DNA of 62,044 bases, the filler included, from Asterionella formosa (lineage: Eukaryota): assembly GCA_002256025.1 (NCBI GenBank). It is 25 parts of 25 records of this genome, joined end to end, with 100 filler letters (N's around TTAATTAATTAA, not from the genome) between each part and the next. Parts side by side here need not be neighbours in the genome. Positions count along the whole stretch, not along the records: positions 22,426 to 24,813 come from NKIB01015332.1; positions 24,914 to 27,304 come from NKIB01015333.1; positions 27,405 to 29,790 come from NKIB01015334.1; positions 29,891 to 32,275 come from NKIB01015335.1; positions 32,376 to 34,760 come from NKIB01015336.1; positions 34,861 to 37,244 come from NKIB01015338.1; 19 more parts are not named here. One strand, written 5' to 3'. Positions 23,004 through 36,132 of the stretch are shown piece by piece (position 1 is the first letter of the stretch; every line of letters starts with the position of its first letter). The notes beneath the pieces are model-generated. The model was given only the letters and a program-made list of their open reading frames with translations. It ran no database searches and was not told the origin of the DNA. A program made the translations under genes and the position numbers.

Positions 23004-23376
23004 CAGAACGACGCTTTGCTATTTAGTACATACAATAACGACATCATCAACAATACAATCATAAAAGAATTATGCTGATTACACTGATATTGAGAACGAA
23101 AATTGAAGTCGCTGATGGTACATTTTTTCATGTAAATCAGTGATGCACGATTTTTAAAATGACATGTTACAAGGAGCTTTGACATTTTGCAGTAGTTACA
23201 CGACAAAATAAGACTAAGACTACATCGATAACATGAATAATTGGAGCAACAGATGTTAAATAAGTTATTCATCTACTGAGAATTGATTGATTAAGAATTG
23301 GCAAGTTGTATAGTGGTGAAAGCTGACAAATGTGCTGAAGTATGCTGTCAAACCTTCTAGAAATACCCTAGATTTG

Positions 23377-24470
23377 ATGTTTGGCAGCCCCTTCATGCAG
23401 CAAAACCATTATGAAATAATGCTACACATAGCGATCCGCTGTTATTACCACCAGCACATTGTAGACATACAGGTAGATCAATGCTGGTTAATAGCTTTCC
23501 TTCTATAGTGACACATGCAGCCATGTACATATGAATTAAGGACTGTGCATGGTTGTCAACAAAGTTTCAGGAAAATATTCCTTAAAGTTGAGTCCATCAT
23601 TTGCTTAAACCTAAATAGTCTTTCAGTACTGTAACCCAAAATATTGCTTTAATCTAAATAGTCTTTCAGTACTTTAACCCAAAATAAACAATTTGGAAAG
23701 CAAATGGCTGTTGATCCAGACTACAATAGTAGTAAGACACCAAAGACGCTAGTTGTTCTTTGACAGGAAAGGGAGGTTGGGATTGGAGGACAAAAGCCAG
23801 CAAGGCTCTTTACAAGGGTTGAAAGGAGTAGACTGAAATTTATTTACTGCTGGTGCAAAATTCTGTGGGAGACAGAGGCAGCAATGCTAGTTTGTGCTTG
23901 CTATAATCCTGCAAACACATCAAGCAATAGACTGAATTTATGAGCCATATGGCCAAGACAAAACAGTGGCATACATACTCATGCATCTGAGACATTCGAT
24001 TGTTTCACTGCTGTGTGTTTAGATATTTTCATTGAAATTTAAAAATTTGCAATCTCTTTGGTATTTACATTGCTTGTTTACTTCCTCAATTGTTATTAAC
24101 TATTTTATCTTCTAGAAATTTTGCTTTTCATGTTTTCATGCATATTACTAGAAAATTGGGGAAGTACAACAAGGGATTTCATTCCATGACAAGACTATTA
24201 GAGGCGATGGTATGGTATTATCCACTCTATACTAGGCAGTATATATAGCGAGCTTTGTCCAACAAGGTGCTAGTGAACTACCAATGGGTACCAGGTACTC
24301 CGTTGACTACCAGTGCACAATATAGCTACGACGTTATGACTATATGTACCGGTACCCAGCAGTCTACCCGGTATACAAGTATATGCACATCGCGAGCTTT
24401 GTCAAAGGTGCTATACGTAGTATATAGGAAGTAAAGTACCAGTGCAGTACAAAACTACGACAAAATGTAT
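23377..24470 (+). repeat. ~1.1-kb dispersed non-coding repeat, copy 1
   Basis: Colinear with 42317-43385, with many substitutions and small indels. Confidence 0.9.
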
Positions 24471-24913
24471 GGCCAGAAAAGGTTGCACTGAGAGTTAGTT
24501 ATTTTATACTCGTAGTAACTAATACAAGTACCAGGTAGGTTATCTACTCCAATACTTCAATAATCTCTATGCTTCAATAATCTCTATGCTTCAATAATCT
24601 CTATGGGTGCATTTATTGCCCAAACTTATTCCATCATTAGCTACTCTTGGTACTTTCACCACCAGTACAGGTTGCCTGGCGAAAATATCATCATCTTTGA
24701 ACTCCAAGGCCCAATAAAGGTGAGACAGCAGTGGCATTAATGGAGCAGAAGAAGCTCCTTCATGCAGGAGTATGGCTAAGAGCATTGCCAACTAGCATCT
24801 GTGAGTGTTTCCANNNNNNNNNNNNNNNNNNNNNNNNNNNNNNNNNNNNNNNNNNNNTTAATTAATTAANNNNNNNNNNNNNNNNNNNNNNNNNNNNNNN
24901 NNNNNNNNNNNNN

Positions 24914-25112
24914 GCTCATTGTTGTTGTCGGCAGCGTCGTCAGTTCCATACATTCGTTCTAAATATCGATAATGCGAATTAATCTTGATTGTCCATGATA
25001 TGGCCGTTAGAAAGGCGAAGAGTGTCAATACTGTCATTACAGACCATGTAAAGGCAACTAGGGATCGTTTCGATCCAAGGAAGGAGCCACATAGGGCTGG
25101 TGGAGTCGCCAT
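24914..25112 (-). CDS. N-terminal fragment of a membrane protein of unknown function
   Basis: ATG-initiated ORF with one TM helix, running into the spacer. Confidence 0.55.
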
Positions 25113-26115
25113 GGTGTAATGGAAATGGAGGAACCGGAGGCAAAGCTAAATATTATCATGTCAAGTATATTCCGGTATATATACACCTATATACATATTA
25201 ATCGTCGTCCGGATCAAGGCAATAACAATGATTCTTGCTGATACGGTACCTGGTACCTAGTACCTGGTACCTGGTAGTATTCTTTAAAGATGAGAACATG
25301 TTACCAGGTACCAGGTACCCCGTTTCTACTACGGTTACCGTAGCTGTTGTTCAGCCAGCCAAGCAAACCTCATGATTCTCAATTTCCCGCCTGCCTTTGT
25401 GTTTTCATATGGTGCGGCGTGTGTTCAAGGTGATACCAGCAAGTGGTTGGAGAAACTTTCACCTGCAACCTTTGCCGTAGTCAAACGTTTGTGTTTTCCG
25501 GCGTGTTTTAGTCTGTTCTTCTTATACATATATAGGTAAAACTTCTTCGAGTTTCACCGAACTTTTAGTGGAATCTCTCAACAAATGTCTTGAGTTCTTT
25601 ATGTAACTCCTTGCTTATTTTGGAAAAATCGGCCATTGAAATACCCCTCAAGCACAATTTGCCATGACAAAACCACTAGCAATGCTAAATCAACCAATTG
25701 ATTGACAATGGTGGTGCTTTTGGTAGTGTTGGTAACCTCATAAACAGGGCAGGGTAAATGATAGCAGACTATACTAGCTAGGAATTAATGATTATCAACT
25801 ATTATATCTTTTGGGGCACTTGGATGAGCGATCTGATGGATCAGTGGGCTATTCACTAGTAAATAATTTGCATGCACAAAGGTTGCATGTGTTGCTGAAA
25901 TGGACAATGTGAAACAGGACAGGTGCTCAAAGATGCACAATAAATAGAGAACATCATCAACTCTATCTTTGAATCAACAGTATCACAACTTGACATAAAG
26001 AATTATTTTGTCTACATGCGGAAATGTCAAAACAAGGCAAATGACAACAATTCCCAGAGTAATAGAGGGGCAGCCCAACAAAGCCAAAGTGGTAAGCAAG
26101 TCTTGTCGCTCTTGC

Positions 26116-26227
26116 TTACTTTGCTTTATTCTCCACACTCAAAATCATTCTCTTTTTCCAGTTGAAGCAAGTTACTTTGCTTTATTCTCCACACTCAAAA
26201 TCATTCTCTTTTTCCAGTTGAAGCAAG
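26116..26227 (+). repeat. 56-bp perfect tandem duplication containing a splice-acceptor-like TTTTTCCAG
   Basis: Units at 26116-26171 and 26172-26227. A GTAAGC donor-like site lies at about 26092. Confidence 0.9.
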
Positions 26228-26862
26228 TGATGAAAACAACCAATAAAATGAACGGTTCTAGTACTGTTATATTTATTAGGATTTGAATATTCTGCTGTCC
26301 TGGTACCACCTGGTATTGGAGGGAGGGGTAGCACTCGCAGGCGCCTCTATTTAATTATTTAGCTGAGATTATTTCGATTCTTTTCAATGTATGTATACCG
26401 GTATGTATACCGTCGCAGGAAATGCGAACTCCAAAAAGTAGGTTGGACCTTGCCGTTGTACCAGGTACCTACGTACCAATTTCAATAAGCACCACAGCAA
26501 GGAGGACATCGATTGACATACTACCAGAACAGTACCTACCTGGTACGTACCTAGTAACAGGACTGTGTAGATATAGGTAAATACCTACGATACCAGTACA
26601 CGGAATGCCGGAACAGGGGCCATCAGCAGACGACAAAAATCACAGCATGATTATCAACACATCTGTGCCATCATGTTTGAAGCATGTAAAGATTTCTTGA
26701 CATGCTTTGACAAAGAAATTGAAATGTACAACAAGAACGCATCCATTTAATCATCATCGACAAGTCCCTATTAAAGCCGCTCATTGAATCAAATCTAATC
26801 AAGAACACACATTCGATAAAATCATTGTCAATTGTGTCAAAAGAACATTGCAACGAACAAAA

Positions 26863-27304
26863 ATGGCATTCCTCACAAAGATGTACTCCTTGTTGTTACT
26901 CTTGTCGCCTTGTGCCCATGCGTTCATGCCCATCCGACAACAGCAACTGCATCAGCTACAGCAGAAGAAACAGCAGCACGGTTCGTTGACGAGATTGCCC
27001 TTGACTACGAAAACCAATCCCTCTGCTGACGATTTAGTGGGGAAGCTCATTCATCAAAAGGCCTTTCATCGTTTGAGAGATGATTCAGATGTATTCAATC
27101 CTCGTGCCATGTCCATGGAAGAAAGGATTGTGCTGAAACCGAACTTTTCAAGAAAGGTATTGGAACCCTTTGGATCACGAGTCTTGATTTTTAGAAATGA
27201 CCGCAACGAACAAGTGCTGCGCTTCAGGGTTCATGAAACGGAACAGTGCACATTGCAATCATCGACCATTGCTACGATTCTGTATTTGGCATGCGATGCT
27301 GCTA
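26863..27304 (+). CDS. N-terminal fragment of a probable plastid-targeted protein
   Basis: Signal peptide followed by AHA-FMP (ASAFAP-like) and a Q/T/R-rich transit-like stretch. Open to the contig end. Confidence 0.65.
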
Positions 27305-27404
27305 NNNNNNNNNNNNNNNNNNNNNNNNNNNNNNNNNNNNNNNNNNNNTTAATTAATTAANNNNNNNNNNNNNNNNNNNNNNNNNNNNNNNNNNNNNNNN
27401 NNNN

Positions 27405-28728
27405 ACATGACATCTGACAATGTATATGCTGCATCACCAACAAGATAAAAACCAGAATCAAATAATGCAGTTTTGTTGGGTAGAGCAGTTCTCTCAAATG
27501 CAACTTGATCACTGCATCGTCCAGGAGCAATCACCCCAAAAAATATAAATCTACTCTCAACATCACAGATAGCCTGAACATTGATACCATAAGTCATGTA
27601 ATGTCCAGAATAAAAAGCTCCTGGATTGTTTCCACAGTCACGTAGCGTGGGGCGACTAATTGTGGCTAAAAAACCATCAATAGCACCAACACACCCTCTG
27701 ATCAACCCTTCTGTGCTCTTTTGTTCAAAGGCTATAGCCAATTTCACCAAATCACTCCTTGTTTTAGGAAATATAATTTTCAGATAATCACAGTTAAGCA
27801 CGGCTTCAAGAAATAAATCTCGGCATCTATAGATTGAAGCTATGCTACATCCATAGGCATGACGAATGTCAATGTAGCTGCCTCTAGCCAACCATCGAAT
27901 GCCAATGGCCAGCACAATTTCTGGGTAAATGGGTGTAGCTGTACCGCACTTGGAGAAATTCCCAATGACATCACTCTCCAGCAAGTAAACCAACTTCTTA
28001 AAGGCTCGAAGGGACATTCTATAAGTCTTTTCAAATGCGTCCTCATGACACAGCTTCTTGACATGAGAATGCCATGACATTCTTTCATGCTCCCATTTCG
28101 CCTTCCTCTTTTTAACTTTCGTTTCAGCCTCCAGAGCCAGATGACAAAGGATAAAGAATTGATCATGGTCATCGTAATCAAAGAATTGATGGTTGTTTTC
28201 ATTATCAAAAAATTGATTACTGATGACATCATTACCATCATCATCATTGCCATCGTTGATATTCACGGCACCTTCTTCAGTCCAATGTTGATCCACTTGT
28301 TCGTTATTGTGCACTGACAATGATGACATGGTGCTGATTGCTTGTAAACTTGAAAGGGGATGATGGCAAGCGGAAGTGTAAGAAGAAGTGTATAGAGGAT
28401 CTTGCATGTCTGTGTTGACTCATGGCAAATCAAGAATTAAGCAGGTATGTCAGCTATATATTCCATACTGCTGCTACATAATACGCGTAGTTTTCCAACA
28501 TGGTTTTAGTAATGGAAAATTATCGAAATAATCTGGAGGGAAGCCTGGAGGGATATGCACATGATTGTAGCCAGCCCGTAAACGTTGAATTTTCGTGATA
28601 CTTTTTGGGTGATACAATTTTATTTTTATTTTTGTGGAGAATGGATTTTTTCAGTTTAAATCGAGTAGCCGTTACATGATACTTTTTCAAAAAAAATGAT
28701 ACCAAATCGAAAATGATAAGAACGGCCC
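27405..28728 (-). mobile_element. PIF/Harbinger transposon left end; DDE transposase ORF 28329 to contig edge
   Basis: YRMS...F, GIRWLARGSYIDI, GCVGAIDG, NVQAICD, PGRCSD, YLVGDAAY (HARBI1/DDE_Tnp_4 family). TIR GGGCCGTTCTTATCATTTT starts at 28728 after TAA. Confidence 0.92.
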
Positions 28729-29085
28729 TTATACATTTAGAAAATTCTAACGGTTTCGCGCTGGCCAATAAATTTCATTATTACCAAAATCTGATTTTAA
28801 GGGGTAATTTTCTGAAAAAACCAGTTTCCGAGCCTTTCTAAGATTATGGGGTTTTGGTTTGGGGCGTTTTCGATTGGTTCTTTTTTTCCCAAGCGTAATT
28901 TTGAGTTTCAAGACTCCTTATTCCAAAATCTCCTACCGGTAGTTTAAATGCATTTCTCTACCGGCATGAATGTACCGTACAGAAGTGCAAACAGTGGTTG
29001 TGGTAAATATCGGTACCTGTATGCATCATACATAGGCGTACGACGTACCAGTAGTACCTGTACATAAATCTTGCATGGTACATGG

Positions 29086-29790
29086 TGAGCAATCCTGCAC
29101 ATCGATACAGATATATATAGAGTTAGGGTTATGTCAAATACATCGGAATTCAATAATGAGAGAACCCGACTAACATCCATTCTATACTTTGATGACAGTT
29201 CAGGAAATAAGTTGTACATAAGGATTAATTTATAAGCTCATATATTCAATAAATACTACTACTTCTAGTTAGATACTTCACTTTGAATTCAAAAAGAGTC
29301 GAATTAGAAGACAACAAACATGGCAATGTATTCAAGAGTTCCTGTGATTCCTTTGATCAAAGACTACAATGTATTGACTATCAAAACTAAAACGTTCAGA
29401 GTTGCTTTAACCGGTGGAAGATTGAATCGTTTGATCAAGATATGATCGATGGAAGCTCAGTGGAAGCATTGTTAATTGGAGTGAGTCAATTTCGTGATAT
29501 GGCTAACACATGTGACTTTAGCCCTGCAGATACCTTTTCCTATTTTAAAAGGTGTTTGACAGACATTGCCTTATCGGATTGGTTGAATGTGGAAATACAC
29601 CCAGAAGATCAATCTTACGATAGTTTCGAAGAAGCGATGGCTTTATGGTTAGACGATCGTTTACCAAATGAGAGTTTTCAACATCAACGACAATGGATGC
29701 TACGTTATTTATCTAAACCCTTTTCCATGTTGGTAATGGATTACGGAGCTCGTATTAAAACTTTAAACAGGCTACTTCAACTAATGCCTC
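29086..29790 (+). mobile_element. Gypsy element 5' end: 195-bp LTR (29086-29280) and frameshifted gag-like ORF (from 29320)
   Basis: LTR TG...CA homologous to 11366-11566. The following ORF contains QRQWMLRYLSKPFSM....RIKTLNRLL, similar to diatom Gypsy gag. Confidence 0.85.
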
Positions 29791-30414
29791 NNNNNNNNNN
29801 NNNNNNNNNNNNNNNNNNNNNNNNNNNNNNNNNNTTAATTAATTAANNNNNNNNNNNNNNNNNNNNNNNNNNNNNNNNNNNNNNNNNNNNGGAATCTTAG
29901 GTAAGTTCTTGCAGGGCGGGAGTTGCTCCGAAAGCATGATGTTTTGAGTCGGTGATTATATTCTTATCAAATATGATTCAATTTATAATTGCTAACGTAA
30001 TTCATGACACACCAGCTGTTCTAACAGAACGTTGATAAATATACAAGAATAATATAAATGATAATGGTAACAATATAGTTTCGCATACTCAATTGGTTAT
30101 TATGAGGTTTTCACAAACTACAATTTCCTAAGAAATTATTATCCAATGATTCTGCTCTATACTGCTATTACTATTAGTGCCGCCTGTACTATATGTAGCG
30201 GTATACCTCTATTTTTACTACTATGGTGGAGTGATAATCTCTCGACTCAGTATTTTCCAGCATAGCATGTTCGAAGTGGCGCTCAATATATTATAATATA
30301 TTAATTCATTTTCATTCTATCCTTTTCATATCCTGACTTGGTCATCATTTGCATTTTACAATGGTGTTATCTCTGTAACTACAAATTTCGGAAGAAAAAA
30401 TCCCCATCTGAGTC

Positions 30415-31994
30415 TCACTTCCTTTCTAATTGCAATAGAGTTTCCAACACTTTCACAATTGTAAAAGGTCCACATGACCATCCGATGTCATCTCCTGGTT
30501 GAAATAACATGGAATCATGTTCAGTGTCCATACTGATCTGCAATGGTGCTTTGGTGCCAGTATAGAAAGATTCCAAGAACCCAATTTCTTCAGGTATATG
30601 GGATTCTTGTGGAAGATATCCTGTATCGGTGCATAACAATTCCAATTCTTTTCTGCATCCGGGGATGATGCAGTACTTACGGGCAAGGTGAAATACTTGA
30701 TCATAATGTTCATCCAAACTTGCATCTTTTCCTGGATCACGGACTTGACATAATCCATCATTTATAGCAAAAAGATAATGCACAAAATGATTTTTTTCCT
30801 CCTCATCTGATCTTTTGCAATACACAATTAGCACATAGTGACTTTCGTGATGAAGCGGATTACAATCACCTTGGTATATATATGAATTGTTATTACCCTT
30901 TTCTGGGTTCTCATCCAGATCAAATTTAACCTTTACATCAGTTGGATGAAGCTCATGAATTTTATAATGGATCATAGAGGTAATTGTTTCAAGATCCCAA
31001 TATGCAAGATCTTTAAAATATGAAGATGATTTTTCGATACCTTTCACTACATAAAATGCAGTGGCGTAATTGCATATTTCTTTTGGGATACGTGTGTACA
31101 AATCTTTCCACAATTTTAGTTGTCCATGCGTTTTCGGCAAACTCAAGGAAAATGCCGTTTGCTTTGCTTGGCATAATAACTCTACACATTTCACATGCCG
31201 ACTTTTCACAAAAGTAGCTGCCTTCTGGATTGTTTTCAATGATTTTACAAAGAAATTCTTTTTCTTCCATGTATGATATGGAAAAAGATTCAATATTTTG
31301 CTTCAAACTTCGTTCCCTATTCAGAGCATCAACTGCCTTAGCCAGCATGGTCATCACATATCTGTCTGCGTTGATCTTCTTGAATTCGAGGTCTTGATCT
31401 AGCTCAGACTTTTTCTTGAATATCTGTTCTTTTAGAAATGCAATAGTTCCTCTGCTTTCATGATGTTCATCTTGATGTTCTGGACGGATAGTGAGATATG
31501 TTTCTTGGTTTTGCAACTTTTCAACCATTTCTACTTCTGAAGAAATGTCTGTCACATTTCCGCCGATATTTTCATTCATCGCATGATTTTGTTCATCAAA
31601 TGAATGAGAATCACTGAGTTCTTTTTCATTATCAGCGATTTCGGGAGAACGAGCAGCAAAATACGACACTGAATGGTGGAACTGTGACTCTGTACGAATA
31701 GAGTCTTCATCTACAAAGACCAACGTTTGGGTTTCCTCTTCGAAAGCAATCTTTTCTTCTTTTCAATCTCTGCCACTATTGTATCGGCACACATCACTTC
31801 ATTATTTTTTCTAGAGTATTATGAATCTGTTCAAATTCATTTGATCTTTGAGTGTATTCAAAGGAATCTTCGATTGATTTCATAAGTTTCTTCATCTTCT
31901 TTTCCGAAAACATAAAGTCGTGTAGTGTAAACAAAGGAAGTAAGTCTCGTTTCTTGTTTGACTGATCCTTTCCATGAAATCCGTGAAATGCCAT
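30415..31994 (-). pseudogene. Frameshifted ORF with a C-terminal Ulp1/C48-like cysteine protease signature, probably TE-borne
   Basis: Overlapping ORFs in different frames. NHFVHY...VRDP...FQPGDDIGWSCGPF gives the H-D-Q-C order of clan CE proteases. Confidence 0.45.
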
Positions 31995-32385
31995 TTGGAA
32001 AGTTGTCGAAGGGCCAGAAGACTATGATGTAAAACAGTGGAAGGGAAACGCGGAGCTAGCTTTTTGTGGCGCTTATTGCGGTGCTTGTGGAGGTGGAACT
32101 GGTGTGATGGTAACCGAGTGTAGTAATTGTTGAACAGAGCACAGTGTAATGCATGTTCCGCCAGCGTAGTGTTTACACAATACACATGCCGGCTTAAATA
32201 CAGCTATAACAAGGAAAAACGACACAACAATTAACGTGATGGCTGCTTGTTGAGGATACCGGTATGTGTTATGCANNNNNNNNNNNNNNNNNNNNNNNNN
32301 NNNNNNNNNNNNNNNNNNNTTAATTAATTAANNNNNNNNNNNNNNNNNNNNNNNNNNNNNNNNNNNNNNNNNNNNATTTCTGTTG

Positions 32386-33774
32386 CTATTTCAGGTCTGT
32401 ACCCCATTCATCAAGATTTTCCTGCTGCTGCGTCAATCCAATCGATTCATCCAATTCTGAAGTGAACGAATCTGCGTTGCTTTCTCGCTTTCCATGGGCA
32501 GTAAATAGGTCCTCAACTTCTCTGATGTTTTGGTGACAATGCGATTGTGACTTTACCACGTTCACCGCATCGTCACGATTTAGTTTGTAACTATCAACAC
32601 GCAGCGTGTGATTGCAGCTCAGCTGTCGAAGAGTTTTCTCAAGTTGCATCTTTACTTCTGAAGTCTTCGGCTCGATGGCAGCTGCTTCTCTTTCGTACTC
32701 CTGCATCATTTCACGTTGAATTTGAACTAATTCATTGATGCGTTCCTGCATGAGTTCTCTTGGAATAAGGAGAGCGTCAGTCTCAAACGACATATCATCG
32801 AGTGAATCATTCAAAGTCGAAACCTGGTCCCTTTGCGTACCCGGATAATCCCGATTTGTTCCGCATACAGCGCAGGTCAAATGCAACACATTGTCGTTCT
32901 CAAAGGTGCAAAACACACAGGTCCAAGCTTTGCAATCATTGTGGTTCCAGCTGGCAAAGCTCATTGTGAGAGCCTTGTCAGATAAGGCCCCCTTTACGCG
33001 GGTTTTGATTGAGCTGCTGCCTCCTTTGACCGATGAAGGAGTCTCGGTACCGAAAAGCTCTCCTTTGAATGATTGAAGGGGCTCACAATCATCACGGCCT
33101 CGATGAGCGAATTCTTCTGTTCTTGGTGGTAAGTTATCCCATCGTCCGCATGACTTTTGAACGATAATTTCTTGGCTTGGAGGATGAATGATAAACTTCT
33201 CATCAAAGCGTTTTAAGCCTAACATTTTTGGCGAGTCATCTCTTTCGATTCTACTGGGGAAGCTAGGAAAACAAACACGATTTTCAACTCCATGTGAATA
33301 GATATGGCCATCGGCGCCCCCCGACAATTTGACTTCTAAATTTTTCTGAAAACAATCATTCCTTGATCCCATGTTATGATGATTTTGGAATATCTTTCGC
33401 CCAACATCTCCTACTCCAGTTTTGGGCTTTGAACTTCTCGGACTGAAAGGTGACGAAGCTGAAATCGTACTGAAACTATGGGATTCAGTAGTGGAGAGTG
33501 ATGAGGCGCATCGAATGTCATCATGAATAACACCACACATTGCGCATCGTTTTTCCATCTGACTTGGAGAGTTGGAAAATGAACAGCACGAGCACACCCA
33601 TACTTCTCCTTGTGCCCTCTTGGCGTTAAGTCCAGTTTTCTCAGGTTTTCTCTGCCCAGTAACTCTTCCAACAGTGCGAGTGTAAGGAAAACAACCAGCC
33701 TTTTCGGGGATCTTCAAAATGTTTTCATTCCCACTCGACTTGGAGATTGTGCTTGGCGACGACAAAGGCGACAT
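32386..33774 (-). CDS. Protein with two RanBP2/NZF-type zinc fingers and a coiled-coil C-terminus
   Basis: WVCSCCSFSN...RCAMCG and WTCVFCTFEN...TCAVCG. 462 aa. The 3' end is near the contig edge and may be incomplete. Confidence 0.8.
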   Translation of the reverse strand: MSPLSSPSTISKSSGNENILKIPEKAGCFPYTRTVGRVTGQRKPEKTGLNAKRAQGEVWVCSCCSFSNSPSQMEKRCAMCGVIHDDIRCASSLSTTESHSFSTISASSPFSPRSSKPKTGVGDVGRKIFQNHHNMGSRNDCFQKNLEVKLSGGADGHIYSHGVENRVCFPSFPSRIERDDSPKMLGLKRFDEKFIIHPPSQEIIVQKSCGRWDNLPPRTEEFAHRGRDDCEPLQSFKGELFGTETPSSVKGGSSSIKTRVKGALSDKALTMSFASWNHNDCKAWTCVFCTFENDNVLHLTCAVCGTNRDYPGTQRDQVSTLNDSLDDMSFETDALLIPRELMQERINELVQIQREMMQEYEREAAAIEPKTSEVKMQLEKTLRQLSCNHTLRVDSYKLNRDDAVNVVKSQSHCHQNIREVEDLFTAHGKRESNADSFTSELDESIGLTQQQENLDEWGTDLK

Positions 33775-36132
33775 TTTCTTGTGCGATTTCGAGACGAGAT
33801 TTGCATATATAACGACGAGAAATGTTTGTGCTTGGATTTCACTCTTTCTCGGTTGTCAGTTCTCTTGAAGGTTTTTCAGAAGTCTCTTGATTCGCTTTTC
33901 CAGTGCTGCTGTTGAGCACAGTAATCTCAAACAAAAACGATCAATTCTCCTACGTAGTATTCTCCAACTTCGCTCGGGAAACATTGATTTCAAATTGTCT
34001 CGCTAGCCACGACTGGTACATACCCATCAACACAAACACATGAATCAATTCTGCTCACTTAGAAGTAAACTATGAGCGTTGTTAGTACTGTAGGAGTCCT
34101 GGATGTGACTGGGCTTCAGCTTACTGATATTGTCAAGAAGCGAAGGCGGTTAATTTTACAAGTGTGCGTACCGGTTGATTCCCGGTAGGACATAAAGTAT
34201 TTTATACGCACCATCGCAAATAGTACAGATTTTCTATAAGTACCATACCGTACTCGTTGTTCGTCTCCGACATCCGTTTTGTCATAGCTATGTCTCCCTA
34301 CAATCAGACTGTCCACAGATCACGACCCCCAAAGCTGAATACAATAAGTAGGTATTTCATAGTGTATCTGGTACGACAACCGTAATATAGGTGCCAGGTA
34401 CCTGGTACCAGTAAAGGATGCAAATGTCAAGCAAAACTCACACGATTACATAAATGTGTTTGAATCATTACTGGTAGGTATTCTTTACTATTAAATTCAG
34501 GCTAAAGATGAAAAATAATTTGTACTCAAACAAAAAAAGGGGCTTAGTACCGGTACTTACATTTAACATACATTTCAATATATATTCTACTGTATAACAA
34601 CCCCGGGCGTTGTAGATGCTATATACGTGAACATGTCCGAATCACATTTCTATAAATAGTCGCGAAATATCCAGTACGATATACATAATGAGTTATTCGA
34701 CGAAGTTTTGTCGCTTCGAACAACAAAGAACAAAATGCAGTCAAAATTTGAGGCATCATCNNNNNNNNNNNNNNNNNNNNNNNNNNNNNNNNNNNNNNNN
34801 NNNNTTAATTAATTAANNNNNNNNNNNNNNNNNNNNNNNNNNNNNNNNNNNNNNNNNNNNAGATTAATGTAATGCATCAGAAGAATTCTCCAACGATGAT
34901 GCTGCCCTGCAAAAGTGTAAAACGTTAAGTAATAAGAAAATAATTTTTGTAGTATTAACGGAGTAAAAATAAACACGGTTTGGGGTGAAAATATATACAT
35001 GTACAGATAGAAAAATATGCACTGTAAGCCACCGCTATGCAATAATCTTAGTGACTTTGGAAAAATTATTTCTTCATGGCTAGATACACTGAATCAGAAC
35101 TGATTCCTTAATAGTATAGCAGAGAGCATTGTCTAACATAAGCTTTGTACTTGCGTCAAGTTTTGATCGTTGAATTACATAAATATTTTTAGTCGAAAGA
35201 TAGAGTAAAATAGCGGTGGCTTACAGTTTTTAAGTGGTACGAACGGATTCAATTCATAGCACACAAAATCTTTAATCGGAGTACCGGTATAGAGTGTCTG
35301 TGCATATATGTCGATCGTATTCTTAGGGTATATATACATCCAGCGACTAAGGGTGTTTATATATATATTTAGCGATTTCGACAAGGAATCTATGTACCTT
35401 TTCGCAAATTTCCACTGATTTAAATATTTCAAATGGAATAACGTCATTCAAAAATAGCTAATTAAATTCTTAATTCCAGAGAATTTTGGCAACCCTAAGC
35501 AATATTTTAAATATTGCCTAGGGATTCAAATGCAGCACGCTTACCGGTATATTAATTTCATCACGATCCAAGTGGTAGAGGCTACGCAAATTAATACTTT
35601 TTGTAGCATTAGGTACAAATTTGTACACACTCTAGGAATTACTATTGATGCCATCACAAAACTCGGGCGCACCGGTGCACCAAAAAATAGAAATTCTATT
35701 GATCATAGAAACTGTTTGAACCTACAACAATATATCTTTTAATGTTGCTAATCACGTTTTAGACTATGGCGAAAATGATGGTGAAATTGGTTTGCTCGCA
35801 GCGTTGGATTTTCGAAAAAGTTCCAGTGTCTTGTACTCCCCTCTAAGTAAAATCAGTCATGGCTGTGTACATTGAGGGGTACGAGACACCAGGTTTTACG
35901 GTATGGATATATTCATGACTATCATTTCTTCTAAACTGTAGATTGCTACAGCAGATATTTACATATACCCATATACGACTGTCCTACTCATGCAACACGA
36001 ATGATTCAAATTCAGATTGAGCGGTTGTTGATGTTTGCTGCCAGTGATGGTATACATACAAAAATACATCTATCGATATATATATATACATACAATATTC
36101 TACATGACGATAAATATTAGGTTCTCATTTTA

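Noticed and set aside
11361..29085. The two Gypsy LTRs as both ends of one insertion
   Set aside because: Flanks (CATGG vs CCAGG) do not form a matching TSD and the LTRs differ at many positions.
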